From an uncultured virus (IMG/VR IMGVR_UViG_3300046462_000389) (taxonomy: Duplodnaviria; Heunggongvirae; Uroviricota; Caudoviricetes), in the IMG/VR virus record IMGVR_UViG_3300046462_000389: DNA of 64,000 nucleotides; one strand, given 5' to 3'. Positions 10,642 through 18,884 of this stretch are shown here, in pieces. The notes under the pieces are model-generated. The model worked only from the letters and a program-made list of their open reading frames with translations, did no database searches and was not told the DNA's origin. The number at the start of each line of letters is the position of its first letter. Position 1 is the first letter of the stretch. The translations under genes were made by a program, and so were the position numbers.

Positions 10642-11043
10642 CTACCCCAGTCCCTGGGTGACTCTGCCGTTGACCAGCACGTTGCCGGAGATCAACCTTT
10701 TGGTACGAACCCTACCGGTGACCGCGTTGTCCAGATAGGACACGAACAGGTCGTACTCGTAGACCCCGGAACCGATGCTGTTGGTCTCATCTGAGGTCAG
10801 CTGGAGCTGGATCAGCCCGACTTCAGCCTGGTACAGAATGGACGCTTCGGAGCCAGCATCCACGTCTCCCGCATGGTCATCGGTCTGCAGCACAGCAGCC
10901 ACTCCACCGACCTTGTCGCGGATCTCCATCCGCATCGGGGACTGGAGCGAGTAGGGGACGTTGTCGGTCGTGGTCCAGTAGAGCTGGATGGCCCAGTCAG
11001 CCCCCTGGTCCATCTCCAGGTCGATCACCGCAGAAGTGGTCAT
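10642..11043 (-). CDS. Baseplate/adaptor-like structural protein
   Basis: DQGADW..MEIR..YEYDLF..RLISG pattern typical of small phage structural proteins. Confidence 0.55.
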   Translation of the reverse strand: MTTSAVIDLEMDQGADWAIQLYWTTTDNVPYSLQSPMRMEIRDKVGGVAAVLQTDDHAGDVDAGSEASILYQAEVGLIQLQLTSDETNSIGSGVYEYDLFVSYLDNAVTGRVRTKRLISGNVLVNGRVTQGLG

Positions 11044-11528
11044 ACCAGCTCCTCTTCGACTGTTCCTGCCACGACCTCATTATCTGTTTGAGCGCCAGCC
11101 AGCTCCGGTTGCCTGGCCGACTGGAGGGCGCGCAGGAACTCAGCCTGGGACTGACCGACCACCAGAATCTGCTGAACGGCAGCCTGGTCACCAACATCCA
11201 GCTGGTCCAGACGCTGGATCTTGGCCCGGTTCATGATGGCGGTCATCACGGTCCTGGCGGCGATCGCGTCCTGACCGATGGTTGCCTCGATCCAGAAGTT
11301 CTTGATGATCTCGTCCAGCCGCTGGAGTTCGAGCTCGGTGGCGATGTCTCTGGGCTCCAGCGCACCGACATCACGGCAGTGCTCGATGAAGGCCTGGTAG
11401 GCGCGTCTGACGACCGGTACGGAGACTCCGAGCAGATCACCGATGTCGGTCATCTTCTCTCCGGCCTGCCGGTAGTAGAAGACCTTCTGACCGAGTTCAG
11501 CCAACGTCGTCTGTGTCCTCGCAGGCAT
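11040..11528 (-). CDS. Probable terminase small subunit
   Basis: N-terminal HTH (TDIGDLLGVSVPVVRR), ELQRLDE helix, RAKIQRLD; same strand and block as terL. Confidence 0.55.
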   Translation of the reverse strand: MPARTQTTLAELGQKVFYYRQAGEKMTDIGDLLGVSVPVVRRAYQAFIEHCRDVGALEPRDIATELELQRLDEIIKNFWIEATIGQDAIAARTVMTAIMNRAKIQRLDQLDVGDQAAVQQILVVGQSQAEFLRALQSARQPELAGAQTDNEVVAGTVEEELV

Positions 11529-11874
11529 TTCTCACCGCCTCGTCGATGGTCAGCTCTCCGGCGTCGATCCGGTCCAGCAGCCGTTTGCGCTCGTCGTAGG
11601 ACAATCCTCCCCAGACTCCGAACTTGTCTCGGAACTCCAGGGAGGAGCGTAGGCACTCGGCGCGAACTGGGCATGGCTTGAAACACCACTGCTTGGCAGC
11701 CACCGTCTTGCGGATCGACTCGGTCTTGCTGTCGACGAAGAAGATGTCGTCCTCGGGGTGTTCGTACCAGAGGCGGTAGCAGGCAGCCTGAGCGTGCCAG
11801 TCAACTTCAAGCGGGGTCGGCTGCCGGGGAGGTTCGTCCAACTCTGTGTCCGAAAACTGCAACCCCTGTGGCAT
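11497..11874 (-). CDS. whiB: WhiB-family Fe-S transcription factor
   Basis: W..QAAC..FF..AKQWC..CPVRAECL..GVWGGLS..ER; start uncertain. Confidence 0.93.
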   Translation of the reverse strand: MPQGLQFSDTELDEPPRQPTPLEVDWHAQAACYRLWYEHPEDDIFFVDSKTESIRKTVAAKQWCFKPCPVRAECLRSSLEFRDKFGVWGGLSYDERKRLLDRIDAGELTIDEAVRNACEDTDDVG

Positions 11875-12289
11875 CGAACAGATCCTGCCTTGCTCCGAAC
11901 AGATCGGCTGTGGCGGGGAACTGGTCGATGACCGCTGCTCTGACCAGCTCCTTACTGACTCCACCCTTCCCGACCAGGACCATCTTCCAGGAGTCGATGG
12001 CAACTTTCTCCACTGGGAACGGCAGTGACAGGATCATACCGACCGTTTCGCCCAGTGCCACAGCTGTCTGACGGCCATTCGCCACAATTGAGGACTCCAC
12101 GAACAGATAAGGCTCCGCTGACAGGCAGCGGAGCCAGAAGTTGAAGGAGAATCGCAGATCCTTCAGGGTCTGTGACCGAGAGGTCGGCTTCTTGATGGTC
12201 ATCGAGAACCAGTCACAGATCTTGCCCTCCGACAGGGCAACTGCATCGACCCGGTTCATCGCTGTGTCGATCCCGACGACGAGAGTCAC
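11807..12289 (-). CDS. RuvC-like Holliday junction resolvase
   Basis: VVGIDT, FVE, WK..LVGKGGVSKE, DLFDA acidic motifs. Confidence 0.8.
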   Translation of the reverse strand: MTLVVGIDTAMNRVDAVALSEGKICDWFSMTIKKPTSRSQTLKDLRFSFNFWLRCLSAEPYLFVESSIVANGRQTAVALGETVGMILSLPFPVEKVAIDSWKMVLVGKGGVSKELVRAAVIDQFPATADLFGARQDLFDATGVAVFGHRVGRTSPAADPA

Positions 12290-12726
12290 AGAACCTCCCC
12301 TGCATCTCTACGCATGTCAGTCACCAAAATCTCCTGGGTCAGTCGACGTGAACCGAGATCGACGAACTTTCGGGCTGCCTCTATGAAGGAGCGTAACGGC
12401 CCGGTGCGGAACTTCCTGAGCTCGAAGTTCTCCTGGTGCTCCTGCTGAAGGATCAGCATCTCCATCTCGAAGCCACGGCCCATGTAGGCGGTAGCTACCT
12501 CCATCAGGGTCAGGTAGGGCGACTCCACCGGAGCGTCAGCCCGGCCCTGCAGGATGTGCAGCATGTCGATCAGCTCGTCCATCAGCTCCTCGTAGCTGCC
12601 CAGTCCTGGCGGGGTCTCTACCTCAGAGAGGCGCTGGCCGAACTGGACGGCGCGGGGATGGGCGACCGGGAGGTCTCGGACGAGCCTGATCCGGTACGCA
12701 CGATCCTCAGGGGACGGACTGGCCAT
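12286..12726 (-). CDS. Hypothetical helical protein
   Basis: GGAGG RBS before ATG 12726; carries RIRLVRD near the N-terminus. Confidence 0.65.
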   Translation of the reverse strand: MASPSPEDRAYRIRLVRDLPVAHPRAVQFGQRLSEVETPPGLGSYEELMDELIDMLHILQGRADAPVESPYLTLMEVATAYMGRGFEMEMLILQQEHQENFELRKFRTGPLRSFIEAARKFVDLGSRRLTQEILVTDMRRDAGEVL

Positions 12727-13445
12727 GATGCCTCCGAGCAGAGCTTGTTGTACGGGCAGTACTTGTAGTCGAAGCCGTCTTGGTGGGTACACGGCTCCAA
12801 CATCGGTGCCAGCTCACGGCGGGCAGACAAGATGTCGAGCCTGGCCCACTCGTCCAGCACAGAGATGACGGTGTCTTCGTCCCGGTGGTAGAGGAACTCG
12901 ACGTTGGCGTTGGTGTTCTTGTTCTCGTAGACGAACCGGGTACTGGGCAGCCCAGTGGCAATCATGTAGGCGGTGGCCTGCCGCTTGTGAGCCTCCTTGG
13001 GTCCGAACTCCAGGACGTTCTTGAAGCCGTAGTCGTTGATGGACTTCAGCTCCAGCACCTCACCCCAGCGCAGGATGCCGTCAGCTGTGCCTCGGACTGT
13101 CTTCACGGTCAGCGGTACCTCCACGTCGGAGAGCCAGCCAGCCACCAGACCAGCCACCTGGTACCTCAGGTGCAGGAAGTCACCGTTGGCGAAGATGTTC
13201 AGCTGCTCCGGGGTTGGCCTACCCTTCGGCATCCCGAGGAACGTGAACTGCTGCTGCCTCAGGCACGATCCTGCCGACGAAGCGGACCAGGTACCGACGC
13301 GGTCTCGATCGGCGTTCTTGTTGCTGATCCAGCGGATCTGGTCCGCCTCAGCCTTCGGGTCACGGTGCAGCAGGTACTCGTCGTAGAGATTGAGCACCCT
13401 GCGGTCGGAGTCAGCGGCTCTCGTAAGGTTGCCGAACTTGGCCAT
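12618..13445 (-). CDS. Cas4-like PD-(D/E)xK exonuclease
   Basis: SAS..GSCLR, G..LH, GTADG, ELKS, QATAYM and C-terminal Cys cluster. Confidence 0.85.
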   Translation of the reverse strand: MAKFGNLTRAADSDRRVLNLYDEYLLHRDPKAEADQIRWISNKNADRDRVGTWSASSAGSCLRQQQFTFLGMPKGRPTPEQLNIFANGDFLHLRYQVAGLVAGWLSDVEVPLTVKTVRGTADGILRWGEVLELKSINDYGFKNVLEFGPKEAHKRQATAYMIATGLPSTRFVYENKNTNANVEFLYHRDEDTVISVLDEWARLDILSARRELAPMLEPCTHQDGFDYKYCPYNKLCSEASWPVRPLRIVRTGSGSSETSRSPIPAPSSSASASLR

Positions 13446-13761
13446 ACTTCTCCGTCAGGTAGGTGTCGGTTCCCCGGTAGACCACTGAGCCCAGGTCCAG
13501 GTACGCCTGGCCGTCGATGGTGAGACCAGAGAGGTAGGAGTCAGCTGGATGACCGTGGACGTAGTCGTGGTGCCTGCGGTCGAGGACGACGAGATGGTAG
13601 GTCTCACCCACTTCATCGAGGGCGGTTCCTCCTCGGGATCTGGGCAGCATGTGGTGGACATCGGTGGCTCTCCTCCCGCATCTTGTCCAGACATTTCCGA
13701 CCTTGACCATGGCTTCACATCGGCCGTAGGCACGCTCCCAGGCCTGCTCCCTAGGTGACAT
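13411..13761 (-). CDS. HNH endonuclease
   Basis: GRCE..C..ATDVHH..PRSRGG..L.VL..HHDYVH. Confidence 0.8.
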   Translation of the reverse strand: MSPREQAWERAYGRCEAMVKVGNVWTRCGRRATDVHHMLPRSRGGTALDEVGETYHLVVLDRRHHDYVHGHPADSYLSGLTIDGQAYLDLGSVVYRGTDTYLTEKYGQVRQPYESR

Positions 13762-14209
13762 CGGTGATGTCGGGGGGAAGGTCGCTGACGGCCCGTCGAG
13801 GGACATCTGGACCGTTGACCGGGAGCGGGGTGACGGCAACCTCGGAGCCGTCCTCGTAGATCGCTGCCGGACCGGCCAGGTACTGGTCCCCGGTCCTGAC
13901 GGCTGCCACCGACTCGGCAGCCACGTCGTCGGCGGAGAGGAAGGTGATCGTGTGCTTCAGCCAGGTATCCACCTGGGGGATGGCCAGGATGCGGGTGAGG
14001 GCTGCTGAGACGGCGGTGATGCCACCCAGGATCCACCAGAGCTGCGGGTAGTCGTTCGGGTCGATGCCCATCGCGTTGACGATGATCGGCACAGTCACCG
14101 CGAAGGCACCCAGGTTGGCCAGGATGGTGCGGGCCACCCGCCGCCAGGGATGGGCAGGACCAACCTGGGTCGGAGCTGGCACCGGGGTCACTGGGATCGG
14201 ATCGGTCAT
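13751..14209 (-). CDS. Actinophage two-TM holin
   Basis: PTQV..HPWRR.ART..TM..TM..LTRILAIPQV..WL pattern; GAGG RBS. Confidence 0.7.
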   Translation of the reverse strand: MTDPIPVTPVPAPTQVGPAHPWRRVARTILANLGAFAVTVPIIVNAMGIDPNDYPQLWWILGGITAVSAALTRILAIPQVDTWLKHTITFLSADDVAAESVAAVRTGDQYLAGPAAIYEDGSEVAVTPLPVNGPDVPRRAVSDLPPDITDVT

Positions 14210-14211
14210 GG

Positions 14212-14499
14212 CTACCTCACTGTTACGTCGAAGTCCGGCGTTGGCTGTTGCCACGGTCCTGGACTTGGCTCATCCTCATTGTCCGGCTCCGGTCCGTCTG
14301 ATTCGTCGGATTCGGGGCTCAACGCCTTCGCCAGAGTCAGCAGGCAGGCAGACGAGCAGATGTCCAGATGAAGGGCATCGCTGTCGTCATCGACCCGGAC
14401 CGGCATCCAGGAAGCTGGTACCAAGAACTCCGCGAAGTAGTCGAAGGCTGCCTGCCCGAACTCCTCATCGCAGACATCACACCGGTAGATCACGCTCAC
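14212..14499 (-). CDS. Small Zn-finger protein
   Basis: CDVC..ICSSAC plus an acidic tail. Confidence 0.65.
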   Translation of the reverse strand: MSVIYRCDVCDEEFGQAAFDYFAEFLVPASWMPVRVDDDSDALHLDICSSACLLTLAKALSPESDESDGPEPDNEDEPSPGPWQQPTPDFDVTVR

Positions 14500-17261
14500 G
14501 CTGCTTCCTCCAAAATCTTCTTCTTCCGGGTCTTCTTCACGTAGCCCTCACCCAGTGGTGGGGCTACCTCCTTGTCGAACACTCCTGCCGTGTACAGCGC
14601 CTTGACAGTACCGATCAGCTGCTCTGCCGAGGTCTGATCGGGGTGGAAGGTTCTGACCCCGGAGATCTCGGTGCCGATCGCCTTGTCCGCGAAGTCTGTC
14701 CAGCTGCTGTAGGGCTGACCGGCCACCAGGTCTCGGGCGGTAGCTGGACCGATCCCCTCGATCGCCTGGAAGCCCTTCAGGATGCGCTTGCCGTCTGCTG
14801 ACATCTTGTAGCTCAGCCCGGACTCGTTCAGATTCGGTCTGTCGATTTTGATCCGGCGTCGACGAACCGCCTTCAGGTAGCGCTCCTCCTTGTCTGAGCC
14901 GACCGCTACGGCCAGCATGGCGGCGTGGTAGGCCACCGGCTGGTGGATGGTCAGGTAGGCCGACCGGTAGGCGGTGATGCCGTAGACAGTCGCGTGCGGG
15001 ACGTTGAAGGAGTACTCCGCGAACGCGGCGAAGGCGTTCTCCATCCAGGCCCAGTCCTCATCGGTCATCCCCCGTTCCTGGCACCTGGCCTTGATCAGGG
15101 GCATGTAGTAGTCCAGCTCCTTCTTGGCCTCAGCCACCTTGGCGTTGGAGGCCTTGACCGCCTTCAGCACCCTGGTCACGTCGTCAGCCCCGAACCCCAG
15201 TGACCGGACGATGGAGATGATCTGGTCCTGGTAGAGCAGGATGCCCCGGGTCTTGGCGACGTTGGCCTCGATGATCTGGTGCCGCTTCGGGATCTCCTCT
15301 CGACCGAACTTCCGGGCGATGTAGGAGTCGGTGGCACCGGACTTCATGGCTGCCGGTCGGAACAGCGCGACCGCGTCCACGATCTCGGAGATGTTGCGGG
15401 GTCTCATCCCCTTGCAGCCGAGCATCATGGCGTAGCCCTCCAGCTGGAAGGCTCCGGTCACATCACCGTGGCCAATAGCCTCGTACACGTCCTTGGCGGT
15501 GAACGGGATGGTCTCCAGATAGTCCGGAGTGACGCCCATGTTCTCGCAGCACAGCTTCAGGATGGCCATTGTGTCGAGGCCCAACAAGTCCAGTTTTATG
15601 ATGCCGAGGCTCTCCACCACGTCACCGTCGAACTGGGTGACCAGAGAACCACCGACCATCTGCAGGGGAAGCATGTCGTTCAGCTCCTCCTCGGTGTTCA
15701 GCAGAGCGATGGCACAGGGGTGGGTGCCAGCGTTGCTGAACGTCTTCTTGTCGGCCAGGGTGTACAGCTCGTTCTTGTCCGACTGGGGGATCGAGCTCCA
15801 GTCGTCCGGCTCTGGTTCCTGACCCTTGGCCTGCATCACCTTCCGGCGCTTGGAGAAGTACTTCACCTTCAGCGAGCCCTTGCCGTCAGCGTTCTTGTCC
15901 ATCCCCAGCAGACCCCAGGTGCCGATCCGCTGGACATGGAACATGGTGCCCACCCAGGCCATCACCCGAGCACGCTCGAAGGTGTCCACGTCCAGGTCGA
16001 TATCGGGTGGCTTCATCCGGTCCTTGGTCAGGAACCGGTCGAACCGGGCACCCCAGACGATCGGGTCGATCGAGGTGATGCCCAGCAGCCAGCAGACCAG
16101 CGAGCCAGCCGCTGAGCCTCTGCTCTGGTAGACGATGTGGTTGGCCCTCATGTAGTCACAGACCCGGGTGACCAGCAGCATGTAGTCACCCATCCGAGCA
16201 GCGGAGATGACCTCCAGCTCCTCCTCCATCCTGGCCAGGTAGGACTTGGTCAGTAGCTGCCGATCATGGAGTGCCTTAAAGCATCTGCGCCGGATATCGG
16301 CATCAGGGTCAGCTGATAGGGCCGGGACTTTGTAAGAGTAGTGATCTGCTTCAGGGATCCGTAGATCATGTCGGGAAAGGAGAAGATCAAGACCGGCAGT
16401 CCCCCGGGCGTAGATATCTGCACCATGGTGCCGCCGCATCCAGTCATCGTCGACAAGATGGTAGCCATCTCCTGGAAACTCAACGTCATCGGTGCCGTCA
16501 CCGTAAGAGACCAGACGCTTGAAGGAGTTGTGGAGACTCTGCTCAGCCGGAGCAACGTAGTGACTGTCCTGAGTGATGATGACAGGAAGGCCCAGATCGT
16601 CTGCAATTCGTACCAGACTCGTGGCGATCTCATCCTCGGCCAACCCTTCTTCTCGTTCGATGCAGTGGTTCTGGATCTCGACGTAGGTATCGAACAGGGA
16701 GGCGAAGTAGGACACGATCTGCTTGGCCTCGTCGTAGCCGGTGTTGACCAGGGTCTGGATGACCAGACCGAAGAAGCAGCCGGTGGTCAGTGCGATGCCT
16801 TCGGACCAGCCCATCTCGTGGTAGCGAGCCAGGTCTGCGAAGTCGATGTTCGGCTTGTTGTAGAAGTTCCGGTGGCTGTCGGTGCTGATCCGCACCAGGT
16901 TGCGGTAGCCCTGGGTGGTGTAGGCCACCATGCAGCAGTGGTAGCGCTTGGCTGCCGGACCACGGTTCTTGGCTGCCTTGGCCTCGTCCCGGCTCTGCAT
17001 CAGGTAGAACTCAGAGCCCGGGAACGGCTTGATTCCGGCCTTCATGCACTCCCGGTACAGCTCGATCGAGCCTGCCATGTTGCCGTGGTCGGTGAGACCC
17101 AGACCCCTGTAGCCAAGTTCCTTGGCTCGCTGAACTATTGCTTTCGGAGTGGGCAGGGCATCGGTGGTGGAGTAGCGGCTGTGAGTGTGTACCGACCAGT
17201 AGCTTGACTGATCCCTTACGATTCGGATTCTTTTCTGGTCATTACTGGACACAGGTGTCAT
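14496..17261 (-). CDS. dnaE: DNA polymerase III alpha subunit-like (family C)
   Basis: PHP motifs HTHSRYS, TDHG, DSHY; RGSAAGSLV; catalytic PDIDLD and KLDLLGL; HhH IEGIG. Confidence 0.97.
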   Translation of the reverse strand: MTPVSSNDQKRIRIVRDQSSYWSVHTHSRYSTTDALPTPKAIVQRAKELGYRGLGLTDHGNMAGSIELYRECMKAGIKPFPGSEFYLMQSRDEAKAAKNRGPAAKRYHCCMVAYTTQGYRNLVRISTDSHRNFYNKPNIDFADLARYHEMGWSEGIALTTGCFFGLVIQTLVNTGYDEAKQIVSYFASLFDTYVEIQNHCIEREEGLAEDEIATSLVRIADDLGLPVIITQDSHYVAPAEQSLHNSFKRLVSYGDGTDDVEFPGDGYHLVDDDWMRRHHGADIYARGTAGLDLLLSRHDLRIPEADHYSYKVPALSADPDADIRRRCFKALHDRQLLTKSYLARMEEELEVISAARMGDYMLLVTRVCDYMRANHIVYQSRGSAAGSLVCWLLGITSIDPIVWGARFDRFLTKDRMKPPDIDLDVDTFERARVMAWVGTMFHVQRIGTWGLLGMDKNADGKGSLKVKYFSKRRKVMQAKGQEPEPDDWSSIPQSDKNELYTLADKKTFSNAGTHPCAIALLNTEEELNDMLPLQMVGGSLVTQFDGDVVESLGIIKLDLLGLDTMAILKLCCENMGVTPDYLETIPFTAKDVYEAIGHGDVTGAFQLEGYAMMLGCKGMRPRNISEIVDAVALFRPAAMKSGATDSYIARKFGREEIPKRHQIIEANVAKTRGILLYQDQIISIVRSLGFGADDVTRVLKAVKASNAKVAEAKKELDYYMPLIKARCQERGMTDEDWAWMENAFAAFAEYSFNVPHATVYGITAYRSAYLTIHQPVAYHAAMLAVAVGSDKEERYLKAVRRRRIKIDRPNLNESGLSYKMSADGKRILKGFQAIEGIGPATARDLVAGQPYSSWTDFADKAIGTEISGVRTFHPDQTSAEQLIGTVKALYTAGVFDKEVAPPLGEGYVKKTRKKKILEEAA
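16250..16633 (-). CDS. Candidate overprinted gene in the +1 frame inside dnaE
   Basis: 127-codon ORF whose limits match a stretch of A/T-ending dnaE codons (see findings). Confidence 0.5.
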   Translation of the reverse strand: MRSPRVWYELQTIWAFLSSSLRTVTTLLRLSRVSTTPSSVWSLTVTAPMTLSFQEMATILSTMTGCGGTMVQISTPGGLPVLIFSFPDMIYGSLKQITTLTKSRPYQLTLMPISGADALRHSMIGSY

Positions 17262-17302
17262 ACTTCTTCTCAGCTCCTCGCGGACGCTTCCTTGGTGAGC
17301 AA

Positions 17303-17332
17303 GGCCCCCCGGTTCCTCCAGGCCGGGGGGCC
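17303..17332 (-). terminator. GC-rich hairpin between ssb and dnaE
   Basis: GGCCCCCCGG/CCGGGGGGCC 10-bp stem just after the ssb stop. Confidence 0.55.
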
Positions 17333-17341
17333 AAGCTGTTT

Positions 17342-18172
17342 CTACTCCAGAGCCGAGATCAGCGTCTCGGCCAGCTCTGATGGATCGTCGGTGTCGGGGA
17401 TCGGCACCCCGGCACGCTGGAACCAGACTCGCAGCTGGTCGGCACTCATGGCACGGATCTCAGACTCCCCCAACACCTGCTCGGTGTCTGTGTCAGGGGC
17501 TGGATCAAAAGGGGGATCCTCCTCCTGCTTCTTGTTCTCGAACTCAGCCGTCCGCTTGGCCTCGGCCACCTTCGCGTTGTTGGCCTTGGAAGCCTCCCGC
17601 TTGGCCGGGTCCCACCGGTAGTTCCAGGCATCGAGCAGAGCTGCCTGCTTGTCGTTCAGCTTCGAGGCGTACATCTCGATGTTGAAGGTGCTCGGGTCTT
17701 CCTTGTCCAAGGTGTAGTTGACCCGGTTGGCCTTCTCGTAGCGGATGACGTTGTACTCCCGCTTCCACATGGACTCATCCCGATGCCAGGACAGCTCCAG
17801 CGGCTCCTTCAGCGAGCCGGGGATCTTCCAGACGTTGACGTAGCCGTCAGCGTCCGGGTCGTCGGTCCGGATCGCGTTCACCAGGTACTTCTTGGAGATC
17901 CGAGACTCCTTGACCATGCTCGGGTCGTCCGGGTACTGGTCCTTCAGCTTGCAGCCAGGGCACTCAGCTCGCCCCTCGGGACTGGTCGCACTGCACGGAT
18001 AGCTGCACCGCTCCTTCTCGGAGTAGTGCTCCCAGTAGCAGATCCACTCAGTCCACGGTTCGAGGAACCGCAGGGTGAAGCTGCCGTTCTTCCCGAAGTA
18101 CCGGATGAAGTTGCCTCCACCCGAGCCGGTCGGGAAGTCCTGCTCCTCAGTTGTCTTGACTCCGAACTGCAT
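17342..18172 (-). CDS. Single-stranded DNA-binding protein (gp32-like)
   Basis: GGG.FI..LRFL..YWEH..PC..CPGC..YLVNAI; acidic linker near the C-terminus. Confidence 0.75.
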   Translation of the reverse strand: MQFGVKTTEEQDFPTGSGGGNFIRYFGKNGSFTLRFLEPWTEWICYWEHYSEKERCSYPCSATSPEGRAECPGCKLKDQYPDDPSMVKESRISKKYLVNAIRTDDPDADGYVNVWKIPGSLKEPLELSWHRDESMWKREYNVIRYEKANRVNYTLDKEDPSTFNIEMYASKLNDKQAALLDAWNYRWDPAKREASKANNAKVAEAKRTAEFENKKQEEDPPFDPAPDTDTEQVLGESEIRAMSADQLRVWFQRAGVPIPDTDDPSELAETLISALE

Positions 18173-18401
18173 CTTCTGTCCTATCTCTGATCTCTCTGGG
18201 ACCCTTGCGGTCCCGAATCTCTACGAGGTCGTCTTCGGTGTAGAGGTAGGTCTTGGCCTTTCCCTCGATCTTCACCTTCGACGGAGCCTTGGTGCCGCCC
18301 TTCGTCGTGCCGATCCGGTACCAGTAGCGAAGGGTAGGTACTGGCACTCCGGTGATCTCAGATACTTCTGAGATCGTGTACAACCTCCCGTCCTCAGTCA
18401 C
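18147..18401 (-). CDS. MerR-type winged HTH DNA-binding protein (BldC/Xis-like size)
   Basis: YTISEVSEITGVPVPTLRYW..LYTEDDL. Confidence 0.85.
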   Translation of the reverse strand: MTEDGRLYTISEVSEITGVPVPTLRYWYRIGTTKGGTKAPSKVKIEGKAKTYLYTEDDLVEIRDRKGPREIRDRTEDAVRSQDN

Positions 18402-18840
18402 CGACCGGCTCTTTGGCTACTCGGTAGAGCCGAACGGTCGGATGCTCGGTGATGCTGATCCCGGCAGCTACCTGGGCCTTGACCTCGTCGCTGGCTGCGG
18501 CGAGGTAGGCGTCGAGCTTCTCCCGGTCCACGTCGTCGGACCTGACCTTGAAGTATTCGCCCTTCGGCATGGCTGCCTTGACCTTGGCAGAGTCCACTGA
18601 CACTCTGCGGTTGGCGACGTAGACGATCTTCAGATCACCTTCGCCGTCTTGGTCAGTGACCCGGAGCGACTTGTCCTGGTTGGACCGCAGTCGGTCAGTC
18701 AGCAGTGACTGCAGCCCCTTCTTCCGGTCTTCCAGATCCTTGATCTGCCGGGAGACGGAGTCGAAGTCCCAGATCAGGTCCTCGATGGTCTTGCTCGGTG
18801 CTGCCTCTTCGGCGGTGTCTCGTACGAGTCGAACTGGCAT
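18394..18840 (-). CDS. Hypothetical coiled-coil protein
   Basis: 148 aa, probable leaderless start, begins MPVRLVRD. Confidence 0.7.
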   Translation of the reverse strand: MPVRLVRDTAEEAAPSKTIEDLIWDFDSVSRQIKDLEDRKKGLQSLLTDRLRSNQDKSLRVTDQDGEGDLKIVYVANRRVSVDSAKVKAAMPKGEYFKVRSDDVDREKLDAYLAAASDEVKAQVAAGISITEHPTVRLYRVAKEPVGD

Positions 18841-18846
18841 GACTTG

Positions 18847-18884
18847 AACCTAGCCCAACCTGACAACTATGACAAGGCTGACAA
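18847..18884 (-). promoter_or_regulatory. SigA-type leaderless promoter with 9-bp direct repeats
   Basis: TTGTCA-17-TAGGTT-6nt-ATG; TTGTCA three times at 9-bp period. Confidence 0.7.

Noticed and set aside
12618..13445. CRISPR-Cas system implied by the Cas4-like gene
   Set aside because: No cas1/cas2 and no repeat-spacer array; stand-alone Cas4-like exonucleases are common in phage replication modules
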